Assembly (NCBI GenBank): GCA_010909165.1
Contig: VJWM01000203.1
Location: 281,471-345,470 of the forward strand
Origin: Anthoceros angustus
Lineage: Eukaryota > Plantae > Anthocerotophyta
Length of the DNA stretch: 64,000 nt
Direction: 5' to 3'
This document shows positions 1 to 12,846 of this stretch, piece after piece (the first letter of the stretch is position 1; every line of letters begins with the position of its first letter). The position numbers and the translations under genes were made by a program. The notes beneath the pieces are model-generated. The model saw only the letters and a program-made list of their open reading frames with translations. It was not told the DNA's origin and did no database searches.

Positions 1-952
1 TAGTGTACTTCCTTTTGGATTGCTTCAATTCCAATGGAGATACACTAGGACAAGCTGATTGGCGAGCTACATATAAAGATTTGTAATACAATGATATGCG
101 AGTTCTTGCATATTAGCACAAAGTCGCCTAATGAAATGGCCAATCCAGAGCGCCAGAAGGGCGCCTCGCCTAGTTTCCCACGCACAAGAGGGGAGTCCTA
201 GGAAGTGGTGATGGGAGGACGGTTACTTGGTGTGGTCACACCGAGAAGCGGTGGCCAAGTCCGCTACGAGTCCGTAGTCCTATCTATTCAAATAGGTAGG
301 ACTCAAGTCCTTGGTCTTTGGGGTTTGGAAGAAGCAGACTCAAGTCCTTGGTCTTCGGAATGATGTTCCTTGGTCCTTGGGAAAGTAGCAAGTAGATAGA
401 AGCCTATTTCGAGTCCTTGGTCTTGGGTTCGGAAGGATGTTCCTTGGTCCTTGGGAAAATGGTATGTAGATAGAAACCTAGTCCTTGGTCTTGGGGTTTC
501 GGAAGGATGTTCCTTGGTCCTTGGGAAAAGTAGCATGTAGATAGAAACCTATTTCGAGGGCCGAGGAAGGCAACTTCCTTGAACCATGGGAATTCGTTTT
601 CTAGATATTGCATGTAGGGCTATATATGCATGTTAGGTAGATGCAGGGGTAAAATTGGCCGACTCATCAAGGGCGGCCAGACAATATAATCTCGCTACTC
701 CATGGCCGGAGTAGTGAGTTCAACCTAGGCCGGGGTATACCGGTTGAAAATTTTATAGCAACTGCGAATCTAGGAATCCTAGTGTACTTCCTTTGGATTG
801 CGCCTTCGCAATTCCAATGGAGATACACTAGGACAAGCTGATTGGTGCTACATATAAAGATTTGTAATACAATGATATGCGAGTTCTTGCATATTAGCAC
901 AAAGTCGCCTAATGAAATGGCCAATCCAGAGCGCCAGAAGGGCGCCTCGCCT
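1..952. repeat. Repeat-rich, possibly LTR-like remnant: ~170 bp direct repeat (1-172 vs 780-952) enclosing a ~65 bp tandem array (~305-560)
   Basis: tagtgtacttcc...gcgcctcgccta occurs twice; gtccttggtcttg...gatgttccttggtccttgggaaa...gtagatagaa repeats about 3-4 times. No PBS or PPT recognised. Confidence 0.55.
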
Positions 953-2055
953 ACCGAGCTAATTTCTAATAGACGCAATAGGTATAGAGTTTCGATAGGC
1001 CTTCACTTGCGATAATCTACATAGTATGCCGAATTGAAAAACCCTGAGGGATTTCACGAAGCATGGTTAGTCGTAACATCCGAAATGTAGAGGCATGTTG
1101 AAATGTTGAAATGTCAGATCCGGAAGAGGTTGAAGGACCAGATGTGACGAAATGTCATTAGTGTAATGGCGGCATTGAGGTGATTCCACCGAAAAACACA
1201 TAGGAGTATTTAGATCCTTAGTCGCTAAGGTTGAAGGATCCTCCGGTGACCTTCGAGTGAAGAGGAGCTCACACTTTGACTCCTCATCTCACTTCAATCT
1301 TGATCTCACTTCCGAGCTCAAACAGATCCCAAACGAAGGTTGAAACAACCGGAGTATGTGCCTACACAAGAAAACCCTGCAGATATATTAACGAAAGCTC
1401 TTTCAAAAGAGCCGCACGAGAAGCATGTTCGAGGTCCGGGGTTAGGAGAGTCCGGAACTTTCCTATCTAACCCCAACTAGCCTACATGCCTGCTACCTAA
1501 TCCCACTCATTCGGGTCTCCCTGAGGACTCTTCCTTTGGATTCTCCGAGTCGGAGGGAGCTGGAGGCCTCGTAGCATCGAGTCCTCACGCATGTAATCTT
1601 CGGAGGAACAAGATCCTCCTCAATCCTCAAGAGATCCTGCAGTCAAGACACAAAGCAATTAGATAGCTTTAGAGCGAGTGGGAGTAGGAGCAGATGAAGC
1701 AAAACCCAGTCACTTCATGGCGGCTTACAACATGACCAGAGCAGTGTAACACGCACTCGATCCGCTTCATGACCGAGGGGAAGTGTAACTGCACTCGATC
1801 CGTTTCATGACCGACCGGTATGCTTGCATCGATACAGATAGGAGAGCGAGGCTGCATGCTGCCTAGGCTCACAATTTCACATCCTTATCGGGGTTACCTC
1901 GAGGGAAATTGAGGCCGTGAGGGCCTCACCTCCCTCCGTCAGACATAGCCCTGTGGTCAGGCCCCGAGCTCCCTCTTGCGCAGGGCGAGGGGCACGCGTG
2001 GGAGAAATTGTGGAAGCTAAGCGCAATGGAGGACCTCCCATGTCCTCCCGATTAT

Positions 2056-5000
2056 GGCCTCGCGCCTAGTCCTCGACTGCCGCGTGCGAGGCGCTCCCGT
2101 TTCTTGGTCGGCTCGAGCTTCAGCAGCAGTGCCGGTGGTCCCTTGCAGCAGCAGAGGAGGTTGTCCTAGCCGCCTTGCTTGCCGCAGCGCCTAGGGAGTC
2201 TCTGGCCGGGCGGGGTTCGCATCCTTAGAGGAGGACGACATCTCGATCGTTACGCTCCACAACCCCTTCTCCAATTGCAGGCGTGAAGATGAAGAAGAGG
2301 AATATAACGCACTGGTGAGGACTGGTTTCTCACCGCACGCTCGAATATATACCGGAGGAGCGAAGCATTAACGCAATGCATCTGCAGCTTTCACCCGACT
2401 CCATCCTACAAGGACTGGAGATGATCCGGTTGTTGGAGCATCACTTTCCAAAATGATCAACAAGTGGGAGTGAAGAGTTATACCCAAACACACCTCCGTC
2501 CGATCACCTCCTCCCGCTTCTCTCCGACGGTCACCTCCTCCTCAAGACAAAGCATTCAATTGGGCTTTGCAATGGACCGTGTTTTACAACACGGTCCGCT
2601 GTAAAAGCCCAATTGTACGTTGTAAAATGTTTGAGACGGCCAGATCGCCTCTCATGTTTTACAACATACGCATAACCTAATCTAATTTACAACACGATCC
2701 ATTGCAAACCCTTTACATTGTAAAGCGTTTAAGAGAGGCCAAGATAGGCCTCCCACAACTTTACAACATAGTCTAATTTACAACACGATCCATTGCAAAG
2801 CGCACTTGTATGTTGTAAAATGTATGACAAGGCCGAGAGGCCTCGCGCCTAGTCCTCGACCACAGCCGAGGGCGCTCCCGTTTCTTGGTCGGCTCAGCTT
2901 CCGCAGCGGTCGGTGGTCCCTTGCGGCAGAGGAGGTTGTCCTAGCCGCCTTGCTTGCCGCAGCGCCTAGGGAGTCTCTTGGTGGCGGGGTTCGCATCCTT
3001 AGAGGAGGACGACATCTCGATCGTTACGCTCCACAACCCCTTCTCCAATTGCAGGCGTGAAGATGAAGAAGAGGAATATAACGCACTGGTGAGGACTGGT
3101 TTCTCACCGCACGCTCGAATATATACCGGAGGAGCGAAGCATTAACGCAATGCATCTGCAGCTTTCACCCGACTCCATCCTACAAGGACTGGAGATGATC
3201 CGGTTGTTGGAGCATCACTTTCCAAAATGATCAACAAGTGGGAGTGAAGAGTTATACCCAAACACACCTCCGTCCGATCACCTCCTCCCGCTTCTCTCCG
3301 ACGGTCACCTCCTCCTCAAGACAAAGCATTCAATTGGGCTTTGCAATGGACCGTGTTTTACAACACGGTCCGCTGTAAAAGCCCAATTGTACGTTGTAAA
3401 ATGTTTGAGACGGCCAGATCGCCTCTCATGTTTTACAACATACGCATAACCTAATCTAATTTACAACACGATCCATTGCAAACCCTTTACATTGTAAAGC
3501 GTTTAAGAGAGGCCAAGATAGGCCTCCCACAACTTTACAACATAGTCTAATTTACAACACGATCCATTGCAAAGCGCACTTGTATGTTGTAAAATGTATG
3601 ACAAGGCCGAGAGGCCTCGCGCCTAGTCCTCGACCACAGCCGAGGGCGCTCCGTTTCTTGGTCGGCTCAGCTTCCGCAGCGGTCGGTGGTCCCTTGCAGC
3701 AGAGGAGGTTGTCCTAGCCGCCTTGCTTGCCGCAGCGCCTAGGGAGTCTCTTGGTGGCGGGGTTCGCATCCTTAGAGGAGGACGACATCTCGATCGTTAC
3801 GCTCCACAACCCCTTCTCCAATTGCAGGCGTGAAGATGAAGAAGAGGAATATAACGCACTGGTGAGGACTGGTTTCTCACCGCACGCTCGAATATATACC
3901 GGGCGAGGAGCTGGGGCGAACGCAACGCAATGCATCTGCAGCTTTCACCCGACTCCATCCTACAAGGACTGGAGATGATCCGTTGTTGGAGCATCACTTT
4001 CCAAAATGATCAACAAGTGGGAGTGAAGAGTTATACCCAAACACACCTCCGTCCGATCATCACCTCCTCCCTCCGACGGTCACCTCCTCAAGACAAAGCA
4101 TTCAATTGGGCTTTGCAATGGACCGTGTTTTACAACACGGTCCGCTGTAAAAGCCCAATTGTACGTTGTAAAATGTTTGAGACGGCCAGATCGTGCCTCT
4201 CTCATGTTTTACAACATACGCATAACCTAATCTAATTTACAACACGATCCATTGCAAACCACGACATTGTAAAGCGTTTAAGAGAGGCCAAGATAGGCCT
4301 CCCACAACTTTACAACATAGTCTAATTTACAACACGATCCATTGCAAAGCGCACTTGTATGTTGTAAAATGTATGACAAGGCCGAGATCGCCTCCGCACG
4401 CTTTACACCAAATTCACAACGTAGTCTCATGTACAAAGTCCATTGCAAAGCGATCTTGCACGCTGTATACGCCTCGGGCTTCGGTGCCATTGCGGCTTGG
4501 GTATTCTACCGATCTCGCCCATCGCCAAGTCCACAAGGGGCTACCACATCGCTCACGTCCATCGAACATAGTCATGATCCATCAGGCTGTCGACTATGTT
4601 AGTTTTTGCTTTGAGGCAAAAGAGTAACATGGTCGCCTTCATCACATATAGATTACATGTGCCCTGTGTCGCCACATGATGCATGCACTCGATCCGGTGA
4701 TGCATCGAAAACATTTGGAAGCATATGTGCCGTAATGAAGCTCTCCTAAAAAACATAGCATGAGTGCAAGGAAACGGCAGAGGAAGTGGTGGCCACAAGA
4801 CGACCTTGCTAATTGTCCATCCGAGTTGCGAACAAAGTGCTCACCTCATGTCTCCCATGTTTCAGCCTCTTGTCCAGGAGTTGAACTCGCTTGTTGTGAA
4901 TGATGGGTCATGGTGGGTCATGGTGCCTCACCTTCCAAGTGGAGCAAACCGAAAGCTCGAGGTGGCAGCATTTCATTGCCGTTCACGCAAATTGTACAAT

Positions 5001-7620
5001 GTGTCGCCATTTCGACCGCATATGTATTTTGTTTTACATGGCGACCAATCAACCATACGTGCCCGCTCATCAACTGATCATGTCACTGCCACGTAGCATG
5101 GATGACTCACATCTTCTTGCGGGCATCACCACCCCGCCAATGCGTCATCCATTATTCAAGACATTTGTACCATGTGATAAAGCAGTGATGGATATGGCAT
5201 GGCCCATAATATATAACCAATTCGTGTGGGGTCACGTACATATTCCGAGGTATGCCGGGATGTGATCACCGCATAATGGGAGTTTGGGAGAGAACAACAT
5301 CGATCATCACACCACCGGGCAAGCCAAGTCGGTGGTGCACCAAGGAGGGAGCATCTTCAGTACTGCGCTATAGCCTCCAAAATTATGCACGAGAAGGAAA
5401 GGATTCCAGGTATGGCAATGGCATTTTAGGTCTTTTAGTGCCACCATGGGCAAATTGCACGAGTGAGCATGCGTGTTTGGTGTATCAATTCCTTGCACGG
5501 CAACTTGCGGTGATTGGCAAGACATTGGAGTGGTGTTCCAAAGGCGGCAACCATGGATGCCTTGACTTGGATCCCCGCACGGTTGCCTTTGTACTCTATC
5601 TCGCTACGAGCTATGGGTTGTCGAGAAGGATACACGGGTCCCAAGGCTGGTGGCAGCTTGACATATAATTCGTCACAAAGATACCTTGTTGGTGGCGGGG
5701 TTCGCATCCTTAGAGGAGGGCGACATCTCGATCGTTACGCTCCACAACCCCTTCTCCAATTGCAGGCGTGAAGATGAAGAAGAGGAATATAACGCACTGG
5801 TGAGGACTGGTTTCTCACCGCACGCTCGAATATATACCGGAGGCGTAGCGGTGAGCGCAATGCATCTGCAGCTTTCACCCGACTCCATCCTACAAGGACT
5901 GGAGATGATCCGGTTGTTGGAGCATCACTTTCCAAAATGATCAACAAGTGGGAGTGAAGAGTTATACCCAAACACACCTCCGTCCGATCACCTCCTCCCG
6001 CTTCTCCGACGGTCACCTCCTCCCGGCTTGAAGACAAAGCATTCAATTGGGCTTTGCAATGGACCGTGTTTTACAACACGGTCCGCTGTAAAAGCCCAAT
6101 TGTACGTTGTAAAATGTTTGAGACGGCCAGATCGCCTCTCTCATGTTTTACAACATACGCATAACCTAATCTAATTTACAACACGATCCATTGCAAACCA
6201 CGACATTGTAAAACGTTTAAGAGAGGCCAAGATAGGCCTCCCACAACTTTACAACATAGTCTAATTTACAACACAGCCCGTTGCAAAGCGCACTTGTATG
6301 TTGTAAAATGTATGACAAGGCCGGGATCAGGCCTCTGCACGTTTTACACCAAATTCACAACGTAGTCTCATGTACAAAGTCCATTGCAAAGCGATCTTGC
6401 GTTATACGCCTCGATCGGGCTTCGGTGCCATTGCGGTGCTTGGGTATTCTACCGATCTCGCTTCCATCGAGGCCAAGTCCACCACGAAGGGCTACCACAT
6501 CACACGCATCGAACATAGTCATGATCCCAGCGGCTATATTAGTTTTTGCTTTGAGGCAAAAGAGTAACATGGTCGCTTCATCACATATAGATTACATGTG
6601 CGTCGCCACATGATGCATGCACTCGATCCGGTGATGATCGTGAAAACATTTGGAAGCATATGTGCCGGTAGAAGCTCTCCTAAAAAACATAGCATGAGTG
6701 CAAGGAAACGGCAGAGGAGAGGTGGCCACGATCGGCTGACCTTGCTAATTGTCCATCCGAGTTGCGAACAAAGTGCTCACCTCATGTCTCCCATGTTTCA
6801 GCCTCTTGTCCGAGGAGTTGAACTCGCTTGTTGTGAATGATGGGTCATGGTGGGTCATGGTGCCTCACCTTCCAAGTGGAGCAAACCGAAAGCTCGAGGT
6901 GGCGTTCATAAATTGTACAATGTGTCGCCATTTCGACCGCATATGTATTTTGTTTTACATGGCGACCAATCAACCATACGTGCCCGCTCATCAACTGATC
7001 ATGTCACTCATGAGACCGGTCACGTAGCATGGATGACTCGTTCTCTTCTTGCGGGCATCACCACCCCGTCAATCGTCATCCATTATTCAAGACATTTGTA
7101 CATGACAGAGTGCAGGATATATCGCCCATAATATATAACCAATTCGTGTGGGGTCACGTACATATTCCGAGGTATGCCGGGATGTGATCACCGCATAATG
7201 GGAGTTTGGGAGAGAACAACATCGATCATCACACCACCGGGCAAGCCAAGTCGGTGGTGCACCAAGGAGGGAGCATCTTCAGTACTGCGCTATAGCCTCC
7301 AAAATTATGCACGAGAAGGAAAGGATTCCAGGTATGGCAATGGCATTTTAGGTCTTTTAGTGCCACCATGGGCAAATTGCACGAGTGAGCATGCGTGTTT
7401 GGTGTATCAATTCCTTGCACGGCAACTTGCGGTGATTGGCAAGACATTGGAGTGGTGTTCCAAAGGCGGCAACCATGGATGCCTTGACTTGGATCCCCGC
7501 ACGGTTGCCTTTGTACTCTATCTCGCTACGAGCTATGGGTTGTCGAGAAGGATACACGGGTCCCAAGGCTGGTGGCTGCATTGACATAATTCGTCACAAA
7601 GATACCTTGTTGGTGGCGGT
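2056..7620. repeat. Complex tandem array A-A-A-B-A'-B (A ~775 bp, B ~1.3 kb)
   Basis: A units start ggcctcgcgcctagtcctcgac at ~2056, ~2839 and ~3613; B at ~4390-5688 and ~6325-7617; A' at ~5689-6320. Near-identical ORF translations recur in the ORF track. Confidence 0.9.
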
Positions 7621-7839
7621 CGCATGGCGTACCACGTTGAGTGCACTTCACCGCAGCTTCACCGCAGCTTCACCGTCACGACGCACCCACCCAACATTGA
7701 GCACATTCGAGAGGCAACCGAGAACTTCCCTAAGGTAATGGATCGTGAATCCTAACGGTGTACTACCGGAATGGGATGCTCCGAGCATCTTGGATGCTTG
7801 TGACACACATGTGTTTGTCTCGCTTCAAAATGCGAACGC

Positions 7840-8170
7840 CACCCAAGTTCATGCGGGGCAAGGAATCCTTCCACATCGGAAGAGCTGTGGGGAATGGCAT
7901 TTTCAACACCGATGGAGAGATGTGGAAGACGCAAGCTTGAGTTCTCTTCCGAGTGCTTCGTGATTAAAGACCAACGCGGAGACGGTCTTTGTCGGCAAGA
8001 TTATTGCCCAAGCTCGGAAAGGAGGAGGTTGTTGACATGCATGGTGAATGATGGTGTGTGGAGCATGTTGCACCGCCTTCTCAATGCTCGTGAATTTTGC
8101 TCGATGATTCGCAAGCCATTGCGGGATCTCTTTGTGCGCATGACATTCGATTCCATTTGCAAAATCGGGC
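7840..8170 (+). pseudogene. Cytochrome P450 fragment, CYP86 clan (CYP704-like)
   Basis: GNGIFNTDGEMWKTQ, (S)LEFSSRVLRD across a frameshift, VDM, then DLFVRMTFDSICKIG. A decayed intron appears to lie between VDM and DLF. Confidence 0.75.
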
Positions 8171-8181
8171 AACACCCTTAG

Positions 8182-8335
8182 ACCGCCCTCTTTCATGGGT
8201 CGTTCAACAAAAACTTGGCGGGCATTTTCCGATTCACCAAATTTTGCATACATGTCCACGTAGGTGCCCACCACTACATTCTCCAGCAGCCGATTGCACC
8301 CATAAGGGCATTCCATGTCACCATATCCCCGACAA
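8182..8335 (-). pseudogene. PLS-type PPR fragment
   Basis: DMVTWNALMG and VVVGTYVDMYAKFGESENARQVF on the minus strand. Confidence 0.7.
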
Positions 8336-9477
8336 AGCAAGCAAGACTACAAAAGGTTAGGAATCACCACTAGTTGTCCATCATAGTGAAGACTAAACCG
8401 AGGTTCTTTGAAATCAAGACAGTCATCCCCACTTGCCAATTAAGACGATCCATGTAACGTAGGGGTCGTTGTTCAATATCATCCATCATAGCATATGATG
8501 GATGTAACCGAGAGAGAACTAGATTCTTGAATCAAGAAAAGCTATCCCCACTCGCCAAGACCACATCCATGGTGCTCCCATTCCTCCTCCATAAGATGAT
8601 CCAGCTGACGTAGGGCGCGTCGTTCTACAGCTCTCCAGGAGTGTCCAAAATTTGTCAGCTTATTCTCCAAAACCTGGAAGGAGGATTCGCACCGACTCCT
8701 CTCGAGGTACTTAGCTGCCAATTTGAGTAGGCGGGACAACTTCCCTACATCGGGCAGGGAACCCCAAGCCAGCAGATGGCGCCACTTGTTCGCATGGCGA
8801 CGAAACGGGGAGACTTGTATCACAACCATCTTGTGAAGCAAGCAGACTGGGGCTATGTCCTCACCTTGTTGACTATGTGTCCTCAACAATGGTCCGAAGG
8901 CTCTGTAGGTTTTCCATGTGGACAAGCCAAAGGCGGCCCAGTACACCGCCCCGCTTGAGTGCGGCATCGCTTTTGAACAGGAGGTGTCCTGGAGAGAAAT
9001 CATCAACGGTCTTCTTTACTCTTTCCAGATCGCCGAGGCAACGCCAAGATCGATACCACACTCAAAGAAAAGAGATTGATTTGTGGCCCAATTCTAGTGC
9101 CGGTCATCACCGCTACCAAGAAGCCAAGAGGTCGATCATCGAAATTGGCAAGAACCACGTCATCGCAACAATCGGTCTTTTCCACCGTAAACCCTTAAAC
9201 CGAACCGTCTTCCACGTCGTTTGTACTCACCATAATTATAATTAAATAAGTGAAATATTTAAGACTTGGGATACTTTTTATACTTATAAGAAAAGCTTTA
9301 AAATATTTTTCAACCTATCAATTACCTATCTATCCTCCCACCTCCACTCCTTATCTATCCTCCCACCTCCACTCCTTATCCCTCTATCGCCTCCCACTCC
9401 TTATCCCTCTATCATCTCCCTTCCCCGCCTTCTCCTTTCCACATAACAAGTCTATTACTCCAACTCTACTATGTAAC

Positions 9478-12400
9478 TCATTGGTCATTATCGCTCACGC
9501 TATCATTGTCTTCATCATCCTCACCTATGATATCCGCATCCTCATCATCTTGACTCATGTTATCCTCGTCTTGAGCCTCACCTTGTACTATGCGTCTTCC
9601 ACGCGCTTGTACCCACCACAATTTTCCATGCATTTTAGAATTCTCATACAAAAGACTTGCTCCACTTTCTCCGATACTAGTACAAATGGCTCATCCTCCA
9701 ACTTATCATTGGATAACATGACATCGTTAACCATGAACATACGAGATGTATCTGTTTTGATGGTCAGTGTGCTCTTTGTTCCATTGAGCCTTGAACCATC
9801 TCACCTTCAACACATTTACTTTTTAGACGGCCCTAAGTCCACCTCCAAAATCTTTTCCACCTTTCCAAAGATAGGGAAAATCTGCTATAATAGGTTCGTG
9901 TCCGATGTGAAACACATGCTTGGCTATATAGATGTTTTATAATGCTATCACATGTATTCTTTCCCTATCGCATCTATAGTCCTTATATGATTTCCATATG
10001 CCCACATCATTTTATATGATCGCATGAGGAGGTCCTCGACAATTGGCCACATCCAACCCATAGGTTTGTACCGCATTTCTTTCTCGCTACTATAACTTCA
10101 TCTATCAACCATTACGCAAAGGACGTTGCTCGTCTATACCGTCATACACTTTTCGCCATTTTTGAGTACAGCTGAGTTTTCCACTAACACTTTCCTCATC
10201 TTGCATTTCCACATCATTCGGTCATAATTTTGCCATTCCTTGCAATAACACCCACATTGGGTGACATCATCTTGATTTCCACACTCTTGGTGCCTCTTCA
10301 TGTGTATTTCCAAAGAACTCGAGCTATAAAACATTATCTCTTGTGCTAAGTATCCTAAAGCCATGCTACCTTCCGGTCGGGCTTTCGAACAAGTCCCTTT
10401 AACACTTTCATGTGCCTTTCTAAGAAATACATCCATCGATATCGAGTTGGTCCACATAATTCAACCTCCGCACAAGATGAACAACAACATGTACTTGACT
10501 TGTCGGAAAAGTCGTTGGAAATTCCCTCTCCAACACACACATGATCTCCACACTTTTCACCTTCATAGCTGGAATTTCATCCTTCGCAATTTCTTTTGAA
10601 CAAAGCCACGAATAGCTCGGCAAGATCACATATAGCCTTGTGAACATCATGATGTATTAATCCTTTCAAGACAATTGGCCACAAATCCGTTAATGATGGT
10701 GATGATCATGAGACTTTAACCACGAAATTCCCTCTTCTCTCCTTTAGAAAACAACGCTTCAAATTTGACCCATACCAGGAGTACGATGCTGCAAATCCTT
10801 GTTCTCAATTTTTCCTCTGCATTAGCATACATTCGCCTCTTTTGCTGCCATGTCCAAGAACCTGTGGTGTCGTTATAAATGTCCGTCCCACAGGTTCGCT
10901 GTTTTTAGCTTTGCACCCCATTTACAATGTTTTGGCCTCTTTGTCTCCTTCCAGCGATGGCCTCGCATGGGGCCACCAATCTTGTTTGGTATTTGAATAC
11001 TCAAGATCTCTCGACTACCAAGGGAATCTTGATTCCCACATATGTGTGCCAAAATCTGACTTACATTCTTTCCAATGTGCATGATATCAAATAAGTGTCG
11101 ATCAACAATATCTCGCAACCACCAAATAGCATGACTAAAAGTTAACCTTCATGAATAGCTATTAGTCTACCTACCGATGCTACCAATAATATAATTAAAA
11201 TATTCTTGAAAAGGTAATACTTGCAAGACCCCATATGCATGCATACATACCTCCCGATGGAAGCTCCCAAAATTGAAGGCTCGCTAGTAACACCCTGACT
11301 GTCTTCACCATTGTCTTTTGCATATTTCCGGTTAAAGCTTTCGATCATAATATCCTCCGGAGTTGGTGCATAGTCCGGATGAATAATTTCCATCTCACCT
11401 TTCCATTGAATGAATCCCGCTCTTCCACTCTAAACTTGTGTTCCTCTGGTAAAATTTTCTAAAATTCTTATCATACGTCATTTTGTTTGTGAACATTGAC
11501 TTTCTTGCTTCTAATTTGTCCCAACATATTGGACATGCCCGCTTCCCTTTTGTTTGCATTTTAGAAGTGAAAGAATATCCGGATAATCATGCATCGTCCA
11601 CAACAATAAGGCCTTCAATTTAAATTGTCTTTGAGCATTTCCAATAGCCATAGAAGCATCTTGTACGACCACACCTTCCTCCCAAAGTACCTTCAACTCT
11701 TGATGAGTGGTTGAAAATATATATCTGCATCTTTGACTTGCTTGGACCGTGAATAATCATTGACAACAATATATGCCCATTCTTGATAGATAACCAAGGA
11801 GGCGTTATAATTGATAAGAAGCACAGGCCATATAGAATACCTAGAACTTTGGTGCCCAAAGGATTAATCCCATCCGTAGCAAGTCCTAATCGAATGTTGC
11901 GCCTCCTTAGCAAACTCGGATAAGTGTTGTCCACATGTTCCCATGCATAGCTATCCGATGGGACCCGCATAATCCCATCATTAGACTTATTTGTGGCGTG
12001 CCATGACATCATACTTGCTAGCTCGGACATCTAAACATTTGTTTCAATCTAGGAATCAATGGAAAATATCAAGTAGCTTAACTGCACACTGCTCTTCGTG
12101 TCAATTCGATACCTATGTTCCCACACATCTTGCGAATAGCAATTGAAAACTTGTGAACAACATACAATCATCTTGACAAGCATGTATGGATGTATATGTT
12201 AGGCCAAACCCTTAAGCATCTTTTTAATTTCAGCCCTACTTTTGGCAACTTGTTGCCAAAATCGGGAGGCCTAATTTGCCTAGTAATGATAAAATTGAAT
12301 TCAAAGATGCATCCGACCAGCCATGCCTCCTTTGGATGTTCAATAACAATAAAATGAATGCCAATAAACTTATCTCGGCTCCAACCCATAGAGGCGTAGT

Positions 12401-12590
12401 TGCGGTGTGCATCGCCTTTAATTCCTCGTGCAAGGAATCGACTGTTCTTTAGTCATTTCGCGATGCGAAACCCCACCAAGTGCCTCCACCAACTCTATGG
12501 TCACTTGTTCGTCGGGATGAATGTTGACATGTTCTTCATCAACCTCAAAATGATCATCAACCTCAATAAAATCTTGTTCCTCTTCAACTG
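9478..12590 (-). CDS. CACTA TnpD/Tnp2 transposase (Transposase_21 + DUF4218/DUF4216-type regions), frameshifted
   Basis: SWHA..DGIMRVPSDSYAW, RNIRLGLATDGINP, LLWTMHDYP, DIMHIGKNV, LKSHDHH, LEREFP..QVHVVVHL, LCGPTRYRWMYFLERHMKVLKG, ARPEGSMALGY, EDEPFVL...EQVFY, then an acidic tail ending TGA at 9478. Confidence 0.93.
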
Positions 12591-12846
12591 ATTATTCAAT
12601 CACACGCACAAAATAAATATCAAATAAGTATATAAAATATTGTAGTACTATATAGAAAAATTATATTATAATTTAATAACTTTAGTATAACCACTATTAT
12701 TAAGGAAATATTGAACAACATGCAAAACTAAAAGGTTAAGAAGTCAAGTGAGGAGAGTATATACTAATTGTTTTGTTGCAGATATAGTCAATATACACAA
12801 GGTACAAGACCCTCAACATCAACTCTTCTACATCCTACAACAAAAA

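Noticed and set aside
2056-4385. Retrozyme/hammerhead in the ~775 bp units
   Set aside because: No CTGANGA...GAAA core found by eye on either strand.
5252-5668. Duplicated 136-138 aa ORF in the B units
   Set aside because: No recognisable domain; identity reflects recent duplication, not selection.
8270-8375. CACTAC / CACTAG as the left CACTA terminus
   Set aside because: The following bases do not match CACTACAAGAAAA; no ATG TSD and no adjacent subterminal motifs.
8370-9245. Possible Gypsy chromodomain/integrase remnant
   Set aside because: No convincing GPY/F or chromodomain motifs in the frames inspected.
9250-9942. 230-aa hydrophobic + strand ORF
   Set aside because: Antisense shadow of the acidic transposase C-terminus and a pyrimidine-rich tract.
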